DNA of 64,000 bases from Thermodesulfobacteriota bacterium (GTDB taxonomy: Bacteria > Desulfobacterota > Binatia > Bin18): the NCBI GenBank assembly GCA_964291405.2, contig OZ219926.1:4257958-4321957 (forward strand), written 5' to 3'. How positions within the stretch are numbered: position 1 is the first letter of the stretch; every line of letters starts with the position of its first letter. Under the pieces are notes generated by a model that worked only from the letters and a program-made list of their open reading frames with translations, was not told the DNA's origin and made no database searches. The position numbers and the translations under genes are program-made. Of the stretch, positions 54,676 to 63,594 are shown piece by piece.

Positions 54676-55659
54676 CTAGCGGGACACAAACTCGGGCATG
54701 ACGTTCTTGACGAAGAGTGCCTGCGTATCAGCGGAGGTCGCTATGAAAACGAAATACGTGATGCCCAGGTCTTCAATGCGTGTGGTGAGGTCACGCCTGA
54801 CCTCGTCCGGAGTACCCATACAGAGCAGTGGTGAGCGCCGCGCCGTTTCCACATCAGGAAAACCCAGGCGGGACGCGATTTTGCCGAACCGGGGATCGTC
54901 TGCCGTATCGGACAGGCACAGCATGACCATACCTCCGAGCTCGATGCTCTGCGGATCGCGGCCGACTTCACCGACATATTTGCGGAACATGCCAATCCGC
55001 CGTTTGAGTTGGGTCATGTCAAAGGCGACGGTGGCAACCGGGTCGTTCACAAAGTCTTTGCCGTTAAAAATGGGTGGGATGATATTGAGGATGTCGGCCT
55101 CGGCCGCGGCGATTTTGAGCAGTCCGCTCCCCGAGCCGCCCAGCATCAGCGGCGGACGGGGCTGTTGCACGGGTCGTGGATTATTGTAGGCCTTCTCGAT
55201 TGTGTAATACTGGCCGTGAAACGTTGGCTCCGCCTGGGTCCACATGGCTTTGAGCACCTGGATGGCCTCGGACATTTGGGCCAGACGTTCCGCGTTGGAA
55301 GGATAGGCATAGCCGTGAGCATCGTATTCCGACTGCTGCCAGCCGGCTCCCAGACCCAGGGTCAGTCGCCCATTACTGACTTGATCCAGGGTGGACGTAA
55401 TCTTGGCCAGCAGCGGAGGCGGACGAAACGAGGCGGCGGTGACCGCGGGTGTCAGACGGATGCGGCTGGTCACGGCGGCAACAGCGGTCAGGGTGGTGAA
55501 GCACTCCAACTGCGGGGCCTGCGGCGTGCCCAACGGAGAGAAAAAGTGATCGTTAAGCGACACCGAATAAAAGCCGTCGTTCTCGGCCCGCAGCGCAGCC
55601 TGCTTCGCCGCGGCAAAATCGCCAGTGGGTAGGAACAAGCCAAACTTGACATCACGCAT
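54676..55659 (-). CDS. LLM-class F420/flavin-dependent oxidoreductase
   Basis: MRDVKFGLFLPTGDF..., GFYSVSLNDHFF, NGRLTLGLGAGW and PRPPLMLGGSG. Confidence 0.85.
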   Translation of the reverse strand: MRDVKFGLFLPTGDFAAAKQAALRAENDGFYSVSLNDHFFSPLGTPQAPQLECFTTLTAVAAVTSRIRLTPAVTAASFRPPPLLAKITSTLDQVSNGRLTLGLGAGWQQSEYDAHGYAYPSNAERLAQMSEAIQVLKAMWTQAEPTFHGQYYTIEKAYNNPRPVQQPRPPLMLGGSGSGLLKIAAAEADILNIIPPIFNGKDFVNDPVATVAFDMTQLKRRIGMFRKYVGEVGRDPQSIELGGMVMLCLSDTADDPRFGKIASRLGFPDVETARRSPLLCMGTPDEVRRDLTTRIEDLGITYFVFIATSADTQALFVKNVMPEFVSR

Positions 55660-55989
55660 GCGTCTCTCCTCTGCCTCTCGCTGCTGTCTCAGACAAAGGC
55701 CGATAGGTATATCAGATAGGTGTCCGCTGCAAACGCTTGTCCCTTTCTCCTGCTACCGGTAGGATGTGGGATGTGAAAATAATAAGCTTTCAATCAAGAG
55801 CCGGTCCCAGGGCCATCAACAGGCCCATAAGATATCGCTACCCCCAAGATTCTTCTCAAACGTGTCTGGATGACGGCTGGTTGTCTCCCATACAACGGGC
55901 AGTCGAAGACCTTGGAAGATATGAATGATGCTATCCGGCAGGGGATTTTTAAAGGCCTGCGGAATTATCACTGACATTAGGACGTGAGT

Positions 55990-56697
55990 ATGGCAGAAAA
56001 ACCAGTTGCTGCAGTGCTCGGAGTTGGTCCGGGCTTGGGGGCCGCTCTGGCCCGCCGGTTCGCTAAAGAATATGCGGTGGCAATCAACGCCCGCCGTACG
56101 GAATATCTCGCATCGCTGGCGGAAGAGATTCGGGCTGAAGGGGGGCAGGTCTGTGAGGCCCCGGCTGATCTGAGCGACCGGGCTCAGATCGAGGCCCTGT
56201 TCAAGACGATCCGTGAACAGCTCGGTCCGCCCGAAATCCTGCTCTATAACGCCGGCGGTGGGGCCTTTGGCACAATCGCCGATATGACCCCGGAACAGTA
56301 CGAGAATTCCTGGCGGGTCAACGCCTATGGCGCGTTTCTGAGCGCGAGAGAAGTAGTTCCGGACATGCTTGAACGCGGGCGTGGCAGCATGCTGTTTACC
56401 GGCGCGACCGCCGGCGTCAAGGCCGGCCCCCGCTCAGTGGTCTTCGGCCCGGCCAAGTTCGCTCTGCGCGGTTTGGTGCAGTCGCTGGCGCGCGACCTTG
56501 GCCCTAAGGGCATTCATGTAGGCTGGGTCAATGTTGACGGTGTCATCGACATCCCTGGCCGCAACTATCCCAATATGACCGAGGAAGACATGCTCAAGCC
56601 CGAGGCCATAGCCGAAACCTACTGGCATATGGCCCATCAGGATCGCAGCTCCTGGACGACCGAGATTGACGTGCGGCCGTTCAAGGAAAAATTCTGA
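55990..56697 (+). CDS. SDR-family oxidoreductase
   Basis: AAVLGVGPGLGAALARRFA (glycine-rich NAD(P) motif), LYNAGGG and a YxxxK-region equivalent FGPAKFALRGL. The ORF track starts 6 nt earlier at GTG. Confidence 0.8.
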   Translation: MAEKPVAAVLGVGPGLGAALARRFAKEYAVAINARRTEYLASLAEEIRAEGGQVCEAPADLSDRAQIEALFKTIREQLGPPEILLYNAGGGAFGTIADMTPEQYENSWRVNAYGAFLSAREVVPDMLERGRGSMLFTGATAGVKAGPRSVVFGPAKFALRGLVQSLARDLGPKGIHVGWVNVDGVIDIPGRNYPNMTEEDMLKPEAIAETYWHMAHQDRSSWTTEIDVRPFKEKF

Positions 56698-56742
56698 GGG
56701 AAGGGTGGGTGTCTGCGAATATGTCGCTGGGAACCTCTGCGC

Positions 56743-57108
56743 TTAGCCTCGGAGCTGACTCCCCAACATGATGCGATGACCATCGACCGTTCGCAGGCCA
56801 AACTCCCGCATGCCCCACGGCTCATCCCGAATCTCTTTGATGAGTGCCACTCCATGAGCCAGCGCCCTCTGGTGGAATTCATCTACAGCGTCAACGACCA
56901 AATAGGCGAAGTACGAGTGATCCCCAAGCTCTGCGGCTGGAATCGCCCCTGGACACTCCCCGGCCATGATCCGACATGAGTCCCGCACAAAAAGACGCCA
57001 GCCTGGATCTCCGATTTCCTGAATTTCAAACCCGAGGACGTCTCGATAGAACGCTCCCGATCTCTCTAAGTTTGGGACTGCGATGACAAACATCGTGTCG
57101 GTGATCAT
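56743..57108 (-). CDS. VOC (glyoxalase/bleomycin-resistance) family protein
   Basis: MITDTMFVIAVPNLERSGAFYRDVLGFEI...DEPWGMREFGLRTVDGHRIMLG, 121 aa. The 282-aa ORF-track version is a GC-rich 5' extension overlapping the next gene. Confidence 0.8.
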   Translation of the reverse strand: MITDTMFVIAVPNLERSGAFYRDVLGFEIQEIGDPGWRLFVRDSCRIMAGECPGAIPAAELGDHSYFAYLVVDAVDEFHQRALAHGVALIKEIRDEPWGMREFGLRTVDGHRIMLGSQLRG

Positions 57109-57149
57109 GGGTGACTCTTGGGGGTAGGGTCTGTCGGGTCCGTTGGGTC

Positions 57150-57947
57150 TCAGACGAGGGTGAATCTGCTGCCCGGTGCGGGTGGCTCTTCCGGTGGGCC
57201 GGCAAAACACTGGGCGATCGACATCCATCTGGTGGCCGTAGCGCCACTCACACGAAGTGAGGTGTCCGCGATGTTGCGCACCTGCGTGACCACCTGGCAG
57301 AACTCGACCGCGCTGCCTTCGATCCGGCTCTCCTGATCCGGCTGATTCCACTCCCATACTTCTCCCGACGGCGCGCTGAGCCGCAGGTAGGGGACGTCCG
57401 TCGGCACGGCGAGCTTGCGATTCGTGAAGGTCCAGCCGAAGGTGTTCACCCCTATGACGACAACATTCTTGATCCGGTCGGTGTCGGTGCGCGTTTGACC
57501 CAGCAGGTCGTATATGGCCTGACTGTGCGCCCAGGTTTCCATCAGACGCGCCGTGATACTGGAGCGTACGCTCATGTCCGGGCCAAACCATTGCACCCGT
57601 TTTTTCGGGTCCGCGGCCGCAAAGCGCTCCGCCATCTCAAGAGAGAAAGTACGCCAGCGGTTCAACAGCGCGCGGTCCCGTAGCCCGTCGAGCCAGACAT
57701 GGGTGAATGCCTGACGACCGTGCTGCTTGCGGCCGACGGTGAATTCTTTCACCAGGTCCAGGAAGGCATTCGTATCCTGCAACGAAAGATCAGCCGCATA
57801 GTCGCCCATATGCAGATGGGCCACGATATCGTTGATCGTCCACTCTTTGAACTGCGTTTTCCTTTCCCAGTCCTGATCGTCCAACCCGTCAAGCAGGGCG
57901 AAGACCGCTTCGCTCTCCTCCCGGAAATCTAGGGCTTGTTGCAACAT
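57150..57947 (-). CDS. DinB/MDMPI-like (maleylpyruvate isomerase N-terminal domain, TIGR03084-like) protein
   Basis: EWTINDIVAHLHMGDYAA, ITARLMETWAHSQAIYDLLG and a C-terminal SAVEFCQVVTQVRN. Start is at the internal ATG 57947. Confidence 0.6.
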   Translation of the reverse strand: MLQQALDFREESEAVFALLDGLDDQDWERKTQFKEWTINDIVAHLHMGDYAADLSLQDTNAFLDLVKEFTVGRKQHGRQAFTHVWLDGLRDRALLNRWRTFSLEMAERFAAADPKKRVQWFGPDMSVRSSITARLMETWAHSQAIYDLLGQTRTDTDRIKNVVVIGVNTFGWTFTNRKLAVPTDVPYLRLSAPSGEVWEWNQPDQESRIEGSAVEFCQVVTQVRNIADTSLRVSGATATRWMSIAQCFAGPPEEPPAPGSRFTLV

Positions 57948-58246
57948 CGGCTGCTCCTGTCCACGCTGTCGCTCATCTGGCCAGGCAAACAAATCACACC
58001 CAGGGTGAAAAGGCCACTCGCCGAGGAGGGGGGGATTATGCACTGTATCGATTTTCCTATACGTAGAAGCCGTTCTCTTGCACATTATTGAGGTTTTCCA
58101 TGCACGGACGAGGGGGGCGAAGCACTACACTCAGACAGGTCGTGCGGATTACGGTCTGTATCGCTGCTGTCGTCTAGCGCACTCTTACTCAGCACGCGGA
58201 TTGCTTTCTTGGAGGTGGAGCGGCCGGAGCAGTCGAGGGGACACGT

Positions 58247-59965
58247 TTGCTCAACGCCCACATAGACCACGACAACTGGCTGACCTATGGGCATGGCTAT
58301 GCCAATCAGCGCTACAGCGGGCTTGAGCAGATTACGACCGACAATGTGCACCGACTGGTGCCGAAGTGGATCTATCAGACCGGTGTGCTCGGGACGTTCC
58401 CAACCAATCCCCTTGTTGCCGACGGAACGATGTATCTCACTACGCCGTACAACCATGTGGTTGCCCTTGATGCGGCAACCGGGGCGGTGCGCTGGCGTTA
58501 CACGCACGAGATGTCCGTTGATACGCTCTGTTGCGGCACCCACAATCGGGGGCTCGCCCTGGGTTACGGACGACTGTATATGATCACCGCGGACGGGCGC
58601 CTGGTAGCGCTCGACGCCGCCACGGGAACACGCGTGTGGGATATGCCAGTTGTCGATCCGACGACCGGCAACCCGGCTGACCTCACGGCGCTCAAAGAGA
58701 TCAAAGCCACAGACGTGGCAAAGCCTGAGCGCGCGGCCACGCTCGCGGCACTGACGCGCTTTGCCGGCAACATGGCGCCGGCCGTATACGACGGCAAGGT
58801 CTTCGTCGGCGTGAGCGGGACCGGGTATAGCGGCGTACTCGGTGAAGCCGAAGCGGATGACCCGTCTCTCCTCGGTCGGCCCGGCCCTCGGCGCGGCCTA
58901 CGTGCCTTCCTGTCCGCCTATGACGCAACGACCGGGCAGTTGGACTGGCGCTGGTACTCGACCGCCTCGGAAGGCTGGGAAGGCGATTTTGTCGGGCAGA
59001 CTTCATTCGGCGATACGCTGGAGCGCGACCTGGGTGCCGAACGCGCCAATGCGGACACATACCGTGACGCCTGGAAGACTGGCGGCGGTTCGATCTATTC
59101 CTCCCCATCGATCGACCCGGAGTTGGGGCTGATCTACTTCGGGACCGGGAATGCGTCGCCCGGTTATGATGATTACAAACGCCCCGGCGACAATCTGTAC
59201 ACCGCCTCCCTGGTTGCGCTCGACATACAGACCGGCGCGTTGCGCTGGTATCACCAGATCGTCCCGCATGACATTTGGGGCTATGACGTGGCCTCACCCC
59301 CGGTTCTGTTTGACTTTCTCGCCAATGGCACAACGGTACGGGCGGTGGCGGAAGCCTCGAAGTCCGGCTGGCTGTATATATTCGACCGGGAGACCGGCAA
59401 GCCACTGCGCCGCTCGGAAGCCTTTGTTCCCCAGAACGATTTGCTCTTCCGCAGGCCAACTGCTGAAGGCATGCTTATCGCGCCCGGTGCCGCGGGTGGA
59501 GCCAATTGGCCGCCTACCTCGTACAGCTCCCAGACCGGCTGGTTGTACGTCCCAGGGACCCACAACCCGACGCGCTATCAACTCAAACCGGGGGAGGCCG
59601 GACAGCCCGAGCGGATCGTCATTTCGTTTGATAAAACCGTGGAACGCTGGGGAACCCTGAGCGCCATTGCGCCCCAGGACGGGAAGATCAAATGGCAGGT
59701 CAAAACGGACTTACCCCTGGTCAGTGGCTCGCTCGCGACCGTGGGCGGGCTGATCTTTTATGGGGAATCGAACGGCAAGTTTGTGGCCCGCAATGCCCGG
59801 GACGGCACGGCGCTATGGCACTTCAACACCGGGGCCGGGGTCAATGCTCCGCCGGTGACCTATGCGGTGGACGGGAAGCAATTTGTGGCGGTTGCCGCCG
59901 GTGGACATAAATTGTTCGATTTTCCTCTGGGCAACGCGGTGATCGCCTTTGGTCTTCCTGACTGA
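58247..59965 (+). CDS. PQQ-dependent dehydrogenase (methanol/ethanol quinoprotein family), mature domain
   Basis: DHDNWLTYGHGYANQRYSGLEQIT, PLVADGTMYLTTPYNHVVALDAATG, vicinal Cys LCCGTHNRG and repeated beta-propeller W-motifs. The in-frame upstream ATG 58100 with a signal-peptide-like text is cut off by TAG 58175-58177 (see findings). Confidence 0.88.
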   Translation: MLNAHIDHDNWLTYGHGYANQRYSGLEQITTDNVHRLVPKWIYQTGVLGTFPTNPLVADGTMYLTTPYNHVVALDAATGAVRWRYTHEMSVDTLCCGTHNRGLALGYGRLYMITADGRLVALDAATGTRVWDMPVVDPTTGNPADLTALKEIKATDVAKPERAATLAALTRFAGNMAPAVYDGKVFVGVSGTGYSGVLGEAEADDPSLLGRPGPRRGLRAFLSAYDATTGQLDWRWYSTASEGWEGDFVGQTSFGDTLERDLGAERANADTYRDAWKTGGGSIYSSPSIDPELGLIYFGTGNASPGYDDYKRPGDNLYTASLVALDIQTGALRWYHQIVPHDIWGYDVASPPVLFDFLANGTTVRAVAEASKSGWLYIFDRETGKPLRRSEAFVPQNDLLFRRPTAEGMLIAPGAAGGANWPPTSYSSQTGWLYVPGTHNPTRYQLKPGEAGQPERIVISFDKTVERWGTLSAIAPQDGKIKWQVKTDLPLVSGSLATVGGLIFYGESNGKFVARNARDGTALWHFNTGAGVNAPPVTYAVDGKQFVAVAAGGHKLFDFPLGNAVIAFGLPD

Positions 59966-59997
59966 CCTGACGTTGCTGTTGCAATATATCCCTCGCC

Positions 59998-60576
59998 TCA
60001 GCCGCTTGACCCGTCTTTCCGTTGAGCTTCGAGTTGACGAACATAGTGTTCGAGTTCGGTGACATGCTCATCCGTCACCCCCAGGTCGCGTAAGCTCTCC
60101 GCGAGTCGGAGCAGATAGTCTCGATTCGAGCCGCTCGGCCCCTTGGAATGAAAAATCTGGAGCGCCATCTCTGGTACGGAGGCCGGGCCGAGATAGTGCG
60201 GGTTATCGTCCTGAGCGATATAGACAACGGCGGTGGTCACGGAGGGCGCAGGGGCATCGGTTGTAGTGATCTTGGGGTAAAAGTCCACCTGATGACGAAG
60301 AAACCCGCCTTGCTCGCGCTCATCGAGATAAGAAAAAATCGACTCCAGGGACTCTCCGGCAACCTGATAGGCCACACCCCAGCACACCGATTGGGTATCG
60401 GCGATCAGGGTTACGACGCGGCCTGGGGAGCCTGGAATCCCCCTGTGGTCGGGTGAACCCTGATAAAAACGTCGCGCCCAGCCTCGGATGTAACCGACCT
60501 GACGCTGTTCAAAGGCAAAACCGGGGTGCCAGATCAATGACCCGTAGCCAAAAATCCAGACCTTGGTAGGCATCAT
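59998..60576 (-). CDS. chaC: ChaC-family gamma-glutamylcyclotransferase
   Basis: VWIFGYGSLIWHPGF, GYIRGWARRFYQGSPDHRG and PGRVVTL...WGVAY...YLDEREQGGF. Confidence 0.88.
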   Translation of the reverse strand: MMPTKVWIFGYGSLIWHPGFAFEQRQVGYIRGWARRFYQGSPDHRGIPGSPGRVVTLIADTQSVCWGVAYQVAGESLESIFSYLDEREQGGFLRHQVDFYPKITTTDAPAPSVTTAVVYIAQDDNPHYLGPASVPEMALQIFHSKGPSGSNRDYLLRLAESLRDLGVTDEHVTELEHYVRQLEAQRKDGSSG

Positions 60577-60663
60577 CTTGTATGGAGACTGGATGGGCGG
60601 GATAGGGGAGGAAAAGGTGGGCCGGGTGGCCCACCTTGGGTGAACAATAGAGCGTCTATGGAG

Positions 60664-61032
60664 CTATCCCATGTGGATGGCGTTGAGCTTGTTGCCGTCC
60701 AGATCGCGAAAATAGCCGATGGTCATACCACCGTCACCACGTGGTCCGGGCGCGCCTTCGTCCGTACCGCCCAACTCCAGGGCCTTCGCATGGATTGCGG
60801 CCACCTGTTCCGCACTGCTCGCGGCGAGGGCGACCATCACTCCATTGCCGACCGAGGCGGCACTGCCATCAAACGGCTTGCACACCGCCAGCATCGGAGC
60901 CCCTGCGGTGCCCCATAAGATAATGCGCTCATTCTCCATCATGCGCTTGGCACCAAGTTCGGCCAGGAGTTCGTCATAATACTTGGCCGCGCGGTCCAGA
61001 TCGTTCGTTCCGACTGTGACATAACTAATCAT
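60664..61032 (-). CDS. VOC (glyoxalase) family protein
   Basis: MISYVTVGTNDLDRAAKYYDELL...GYFRDLDGNKLNAIHMG; 122 aa. Confidence 0.8.
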   Translation of the reverse strand: MISYVTVGTNDLDRAAKYYDELLAELGAKRMMENERIILWGTAGAPMLAVCKPFDGSAASVGNGVMVALAASSAEQVAAIHAKALELGGTDEGAPGPRGDGGMTIGYFRDLDGNKLNAIHMG

Positions 61033-61061
61033 ACTTACCTCCTTCTTCTTTCGTGACAGGG

Positions 61062-61892
61062 TTAGGGTTGGATAAAATCCCGGACCAGGCCGGAGACACG
61101 TTCAAGCTGCTCTAGCTGCGGCACGTGGGCCGCCTGTTCGACCATTTCAATCTGGGAGTCGGCAATCCGGCTGCCGAACTCCTCGGCATACGCCGGTGGG
61201 ACGAGCTTGTCCTCGGTGCCCCAGACAATCAGGGTCGGGGCCGTAATCCGATGGATGCGCTTCTTGAGCCCTTTATCCGGAATGGGCCAGATGAATTTGC
61301 CCGTGCAGGCGAGTGACCACGTCACTCGAATTTGCAGGTCTTGGGCTTCCTTCTCATCCTCCGGCACGCTCAACATCTGCTGGGCGAGTGGACCGCTGGA
61401 GTCATAGAAGGCGGCTTTGACCACCTCTTCCATAGGCAGGATCATCCAGTTTTTGACCGGGACGTCGTCCCGCCAGAGGCCGATGGGACTCAGCAGCACC
61501 AGCTTGCCAACCCGTTGCGGATAGCAGGCAGCGATCTCCGAGGCGACCATGCCGCCAAACGAATGACCGATGACCGTTGGATTGTCTAAGCCGAGCTGGG
61601 CAAACAGCTCGTCGTAATACAGCACCAGGTCCCACAAATCATCCAAAGCCTTCACGCCGTCCGGGTCGCCCAAGGTCGTGCCGGGATGCTCCGGGGCGTA
61701 CACGGTGAACTGCTCAGCCAGCATATCCAGAAAGGGGTCCCACGTCAGGCCGTAGGCGCCGTGCAGGAACACCACTGCCGGGCCACTGCCGGCAACGTGG
61801 ACTTTGGGGTTAATCTGATTTTTCCACACACTGACGGTTTGTTCTTGGACTGCGACCATCTGTTCTTCCCTTGTGTCCTTATAACGCCGCAA
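61062..61892 (-). CDS. alpha/beta-fold hydrolase
   Basis: PAVVFLHGA, nucleophile elbow GHSFGG and C-terminal AAHVPQLE. The start could be ATG 61892 (14-nt overlap with the upstream LLM gene) or ATG 61859. Confidence 0.85.
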   Translation of the reverse strand: MRRYKDTREEQMVAVQEQTVSVWKNQINPKVHVAGSGPAVVFLHGAYGLTWDPFLDMLAEQFTVYAPEHPGTTLGDPDGVKALDDLWDLVLYYDELFAQLGLDNPTVIGHSFGGMVASEIAACYPQRVGKLVLLSPIGLWRDDVPVKNWMILPMEEVVKAAFYDSSGPLAQQMLSVPEDEKEAQDLQIRVTWSLACTGKFIWPIPDKGLKKRIHRITAPTLIVWGTEDKLVPPAYAEEFGSRIADSQIEMVEQAAHVPQLEQLERVSGLVRDFIQP

Positions 61893-63126
61893 TCGAGGCC
61901 TGGCGCTTGGTCCGCAGCTTTTCCGGCCACCAGTGATTCTCCCACTGGTTGTCCCACATATCGTGGATATGGGGCATGACTTCGCTGGAGAACATATCGA
62001 TGTTTTTGAGGGTCAGGTCATGCGGCATGGAGCCGATATGTAACAGGACCATCAGATTGCCGATTCGCAGGTCTTTGGCCGCGTCGGCGAGCATGTCGCG
62101 CACCGTCGCCGGGCTGCCGGCAATCACAAAACCTTCGTCCACAAAGTCTTTGAACTTCCAGTTGGGGATGTCATCGAGTTTATCGAAATAGCTCTTGAAG
62201 ATACCCTTGCGGATATTGTTTTCCAGACTGCGATAATCCTGATGGCCCGGCGGGAAGAAGTATTCGGGCGGGATATGCAGGGATTTATTGTAGAAGTACT
62301 GGATATGCTTTTCATACAAGGCTTCGGCTTTGGCGTCGGTTTCGGCCACGGCCACGAGTTGCAGAAAACCGGCGCGGTAGGGGTTGGGTTCGATGCCGCG
62401 ATCGCCGATGAACTGCCAGAACCCGTCCATTACGTTCTTGCCGGCCTTGGGGCCGTAATAGCTCAAAAAACAGTAGCAATGGTTGTGCTGGGCGGCAAAC
62501 TCCCAGGTGCTGAGGCTGCCCAGGCCGGGAATCCAGACGGGCGGATGGGGCTGCTGGATCGGCCGCGGCCAGACGTTGACCTTGGGGAGCTGATAGTATT
62601 TGCCGTTCCAGGCGAAGATGTCATCCGCGGTCCAGGCCTTGAGGATCAAATCGTGGGCCTCGTAATAGCGCTCACGCTGTTCAATCGGCGTAATACCCGC
62701 ACACAAGGTGGCATCCATAGCCGTTCCCAGCGGCATACCGGCCACCAGGCGACCGCCGCTTATGGTATCCAACATGCCGTATTCTTCGGCTACGCGCGTG
62801 GGCGGGTTGGTGGTTGGCAAGGTTGAGCCCATTTGCACCACCGCCACGTCCATGCCATTGGTGGCGCGGGCCAGGACCGAGCCCATCAGGTTGGGGTTGG
62901 GCATAAAGCCGTAGGCATTCTGGTGATGTTCATTGACGCAGATACCGTCCATCCCGGCTTTGGCGGCATGGATCAGTTCGTCCAGTGACCAGTTATAATA
63001 TTGGCCGACTTTCTCGGCGTCGCCCAGTTCCGTCCAGGGCGGATCGACCCAGACTGAGTGGTATTTTTGCTCAAAATCGTCCGGCAGGTCCCGGTAGGGC
63101 ATCAGGTGAAACATGGATACTTTCAT
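61879..63126 (-). CDS. LLM-class flavin-dependent oxidoreductase
   Basis: MKVSMFHLMPYRDLPDDF, GMDGICVNEHHQNAYGFMP, GGRLVAGMPLG and PHPPVWIPG; 415 aa. Confidence 0.85.
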   Translation of the reverse strand: MKVSMFHLMPYRDLPDDFEQKYHSVWVDPPWTELGDAEKVGQYYNWSLDELIHAAKAGMDGICVNEHHQNAYGFMPNPNLMGSVLARATNGMDVAVVQMGSTLPTTNPPTRVAEEYGMLDTISGGRLVAGMPLGTAMDATLCAGITPIEQRERYYEAHDLILKAWTADDIFAWNGKYYQLPKVNVWPRPIQQPHPPVWIPGLGSLSTWEFAAQHNHCYCFLSYYGPKAGKNVMDGFWQFIGDRGIEPNPYRAGFLQLVAVAETDAKAEALYEKHIQYFYNKSLHIPPEYFFPPGHQDYRSLENNIRKGIFKSYFDKLDDIPNWKFKDFVDEGFVIAGSPATVRDMLADAAKDLRIGNLMVLLHIGSMPHDLTLKNIDMFSSEVMPHIHDMWDNQWENHWWPEKLRTKRQASIAAL

Positions 63127-63262
63127 CCCTGGCCTCCTTTGTGTGTACTGTGTCCGGCTAGAGTACCAATTGTGGCGTGGTTTGACTAGGCGACCTTAGC
63201 GCTGATTCACACGACAGTCTTACGCGAACAGGATAATATAATTCTTCATTTTTTGTGTTACT

Positions 63263-63276
63263 ATCGTATATACGAT
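63263..63276. promoter_or_regulatory. 14-bp perfect palindrome upstream of the phd/PIN operon (candidate autoregulatory operator)
   Basis: ATCGTATATACGAT lies 31 nt upstream of ATG 63307, in an AT-rich promoter-like stretch. Confidence 0.45.
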
Positions 63277-63306
63277 CTGGTACACATTAGAAAACAGGAG
63301 ATTGTC

Positions 63307-63594
63307 ATGCGCTTTGTGAGCGTTCGTGAATTGCGCAACCAGTCGGCCTCGGTATGGAAGGTGCTATCCGAAGAGAAGGACTTGGTCATTACCTCCAACG
63401 GCAAGCCAATCGCCCTCCTGTCGGCGATGATGGAGGAAGACCTGGAGGCATCGCTGGGGGCCGTACGTCGTGCGCGCGCCCAAGCCGCTGCCACAGCCCT
63501 GCAACAAGCTTCTCTGCAAGCCGGGACTGATCGCCTCTCGGTGGAAGACATCAACGCAGAGATCAACGCGGCGCGCCGGGAACGCGCTCGATGA
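63307..63594 (+). CDS. Phd/YefM-type antitoxin
   Basis: MRFVSVRELRNQSASVWKVLSEEKDLVITSNGKPIALL is the Phd/YefM N-terminal pattern. AACAGGAG RBS. The stop overlaps the toxin ATG (ATGA at 63591-63594). Confidence 0.75.
   Translation: MRFVSVRELRNQSASVWKVLSEEKDLVITSNGKPIALLSAMMEEDLEASLGAVRRARAQAAATALQQASLQAGTDRLSVEDINAEINAARRERAR

Noticed and set aside
58175-58177. In-frame TAG as a pyrrolysine or otherwise recoded codon
   Set aside because: TAG is used as an ordinary stop by several confident genes here (e.g. the LLM gene ending at 8228 and the BKACE gene ending at 28486). No pyl genes or PYLIS-like context were seen. A nonsense mutation or sequencing error is more parsimonious.
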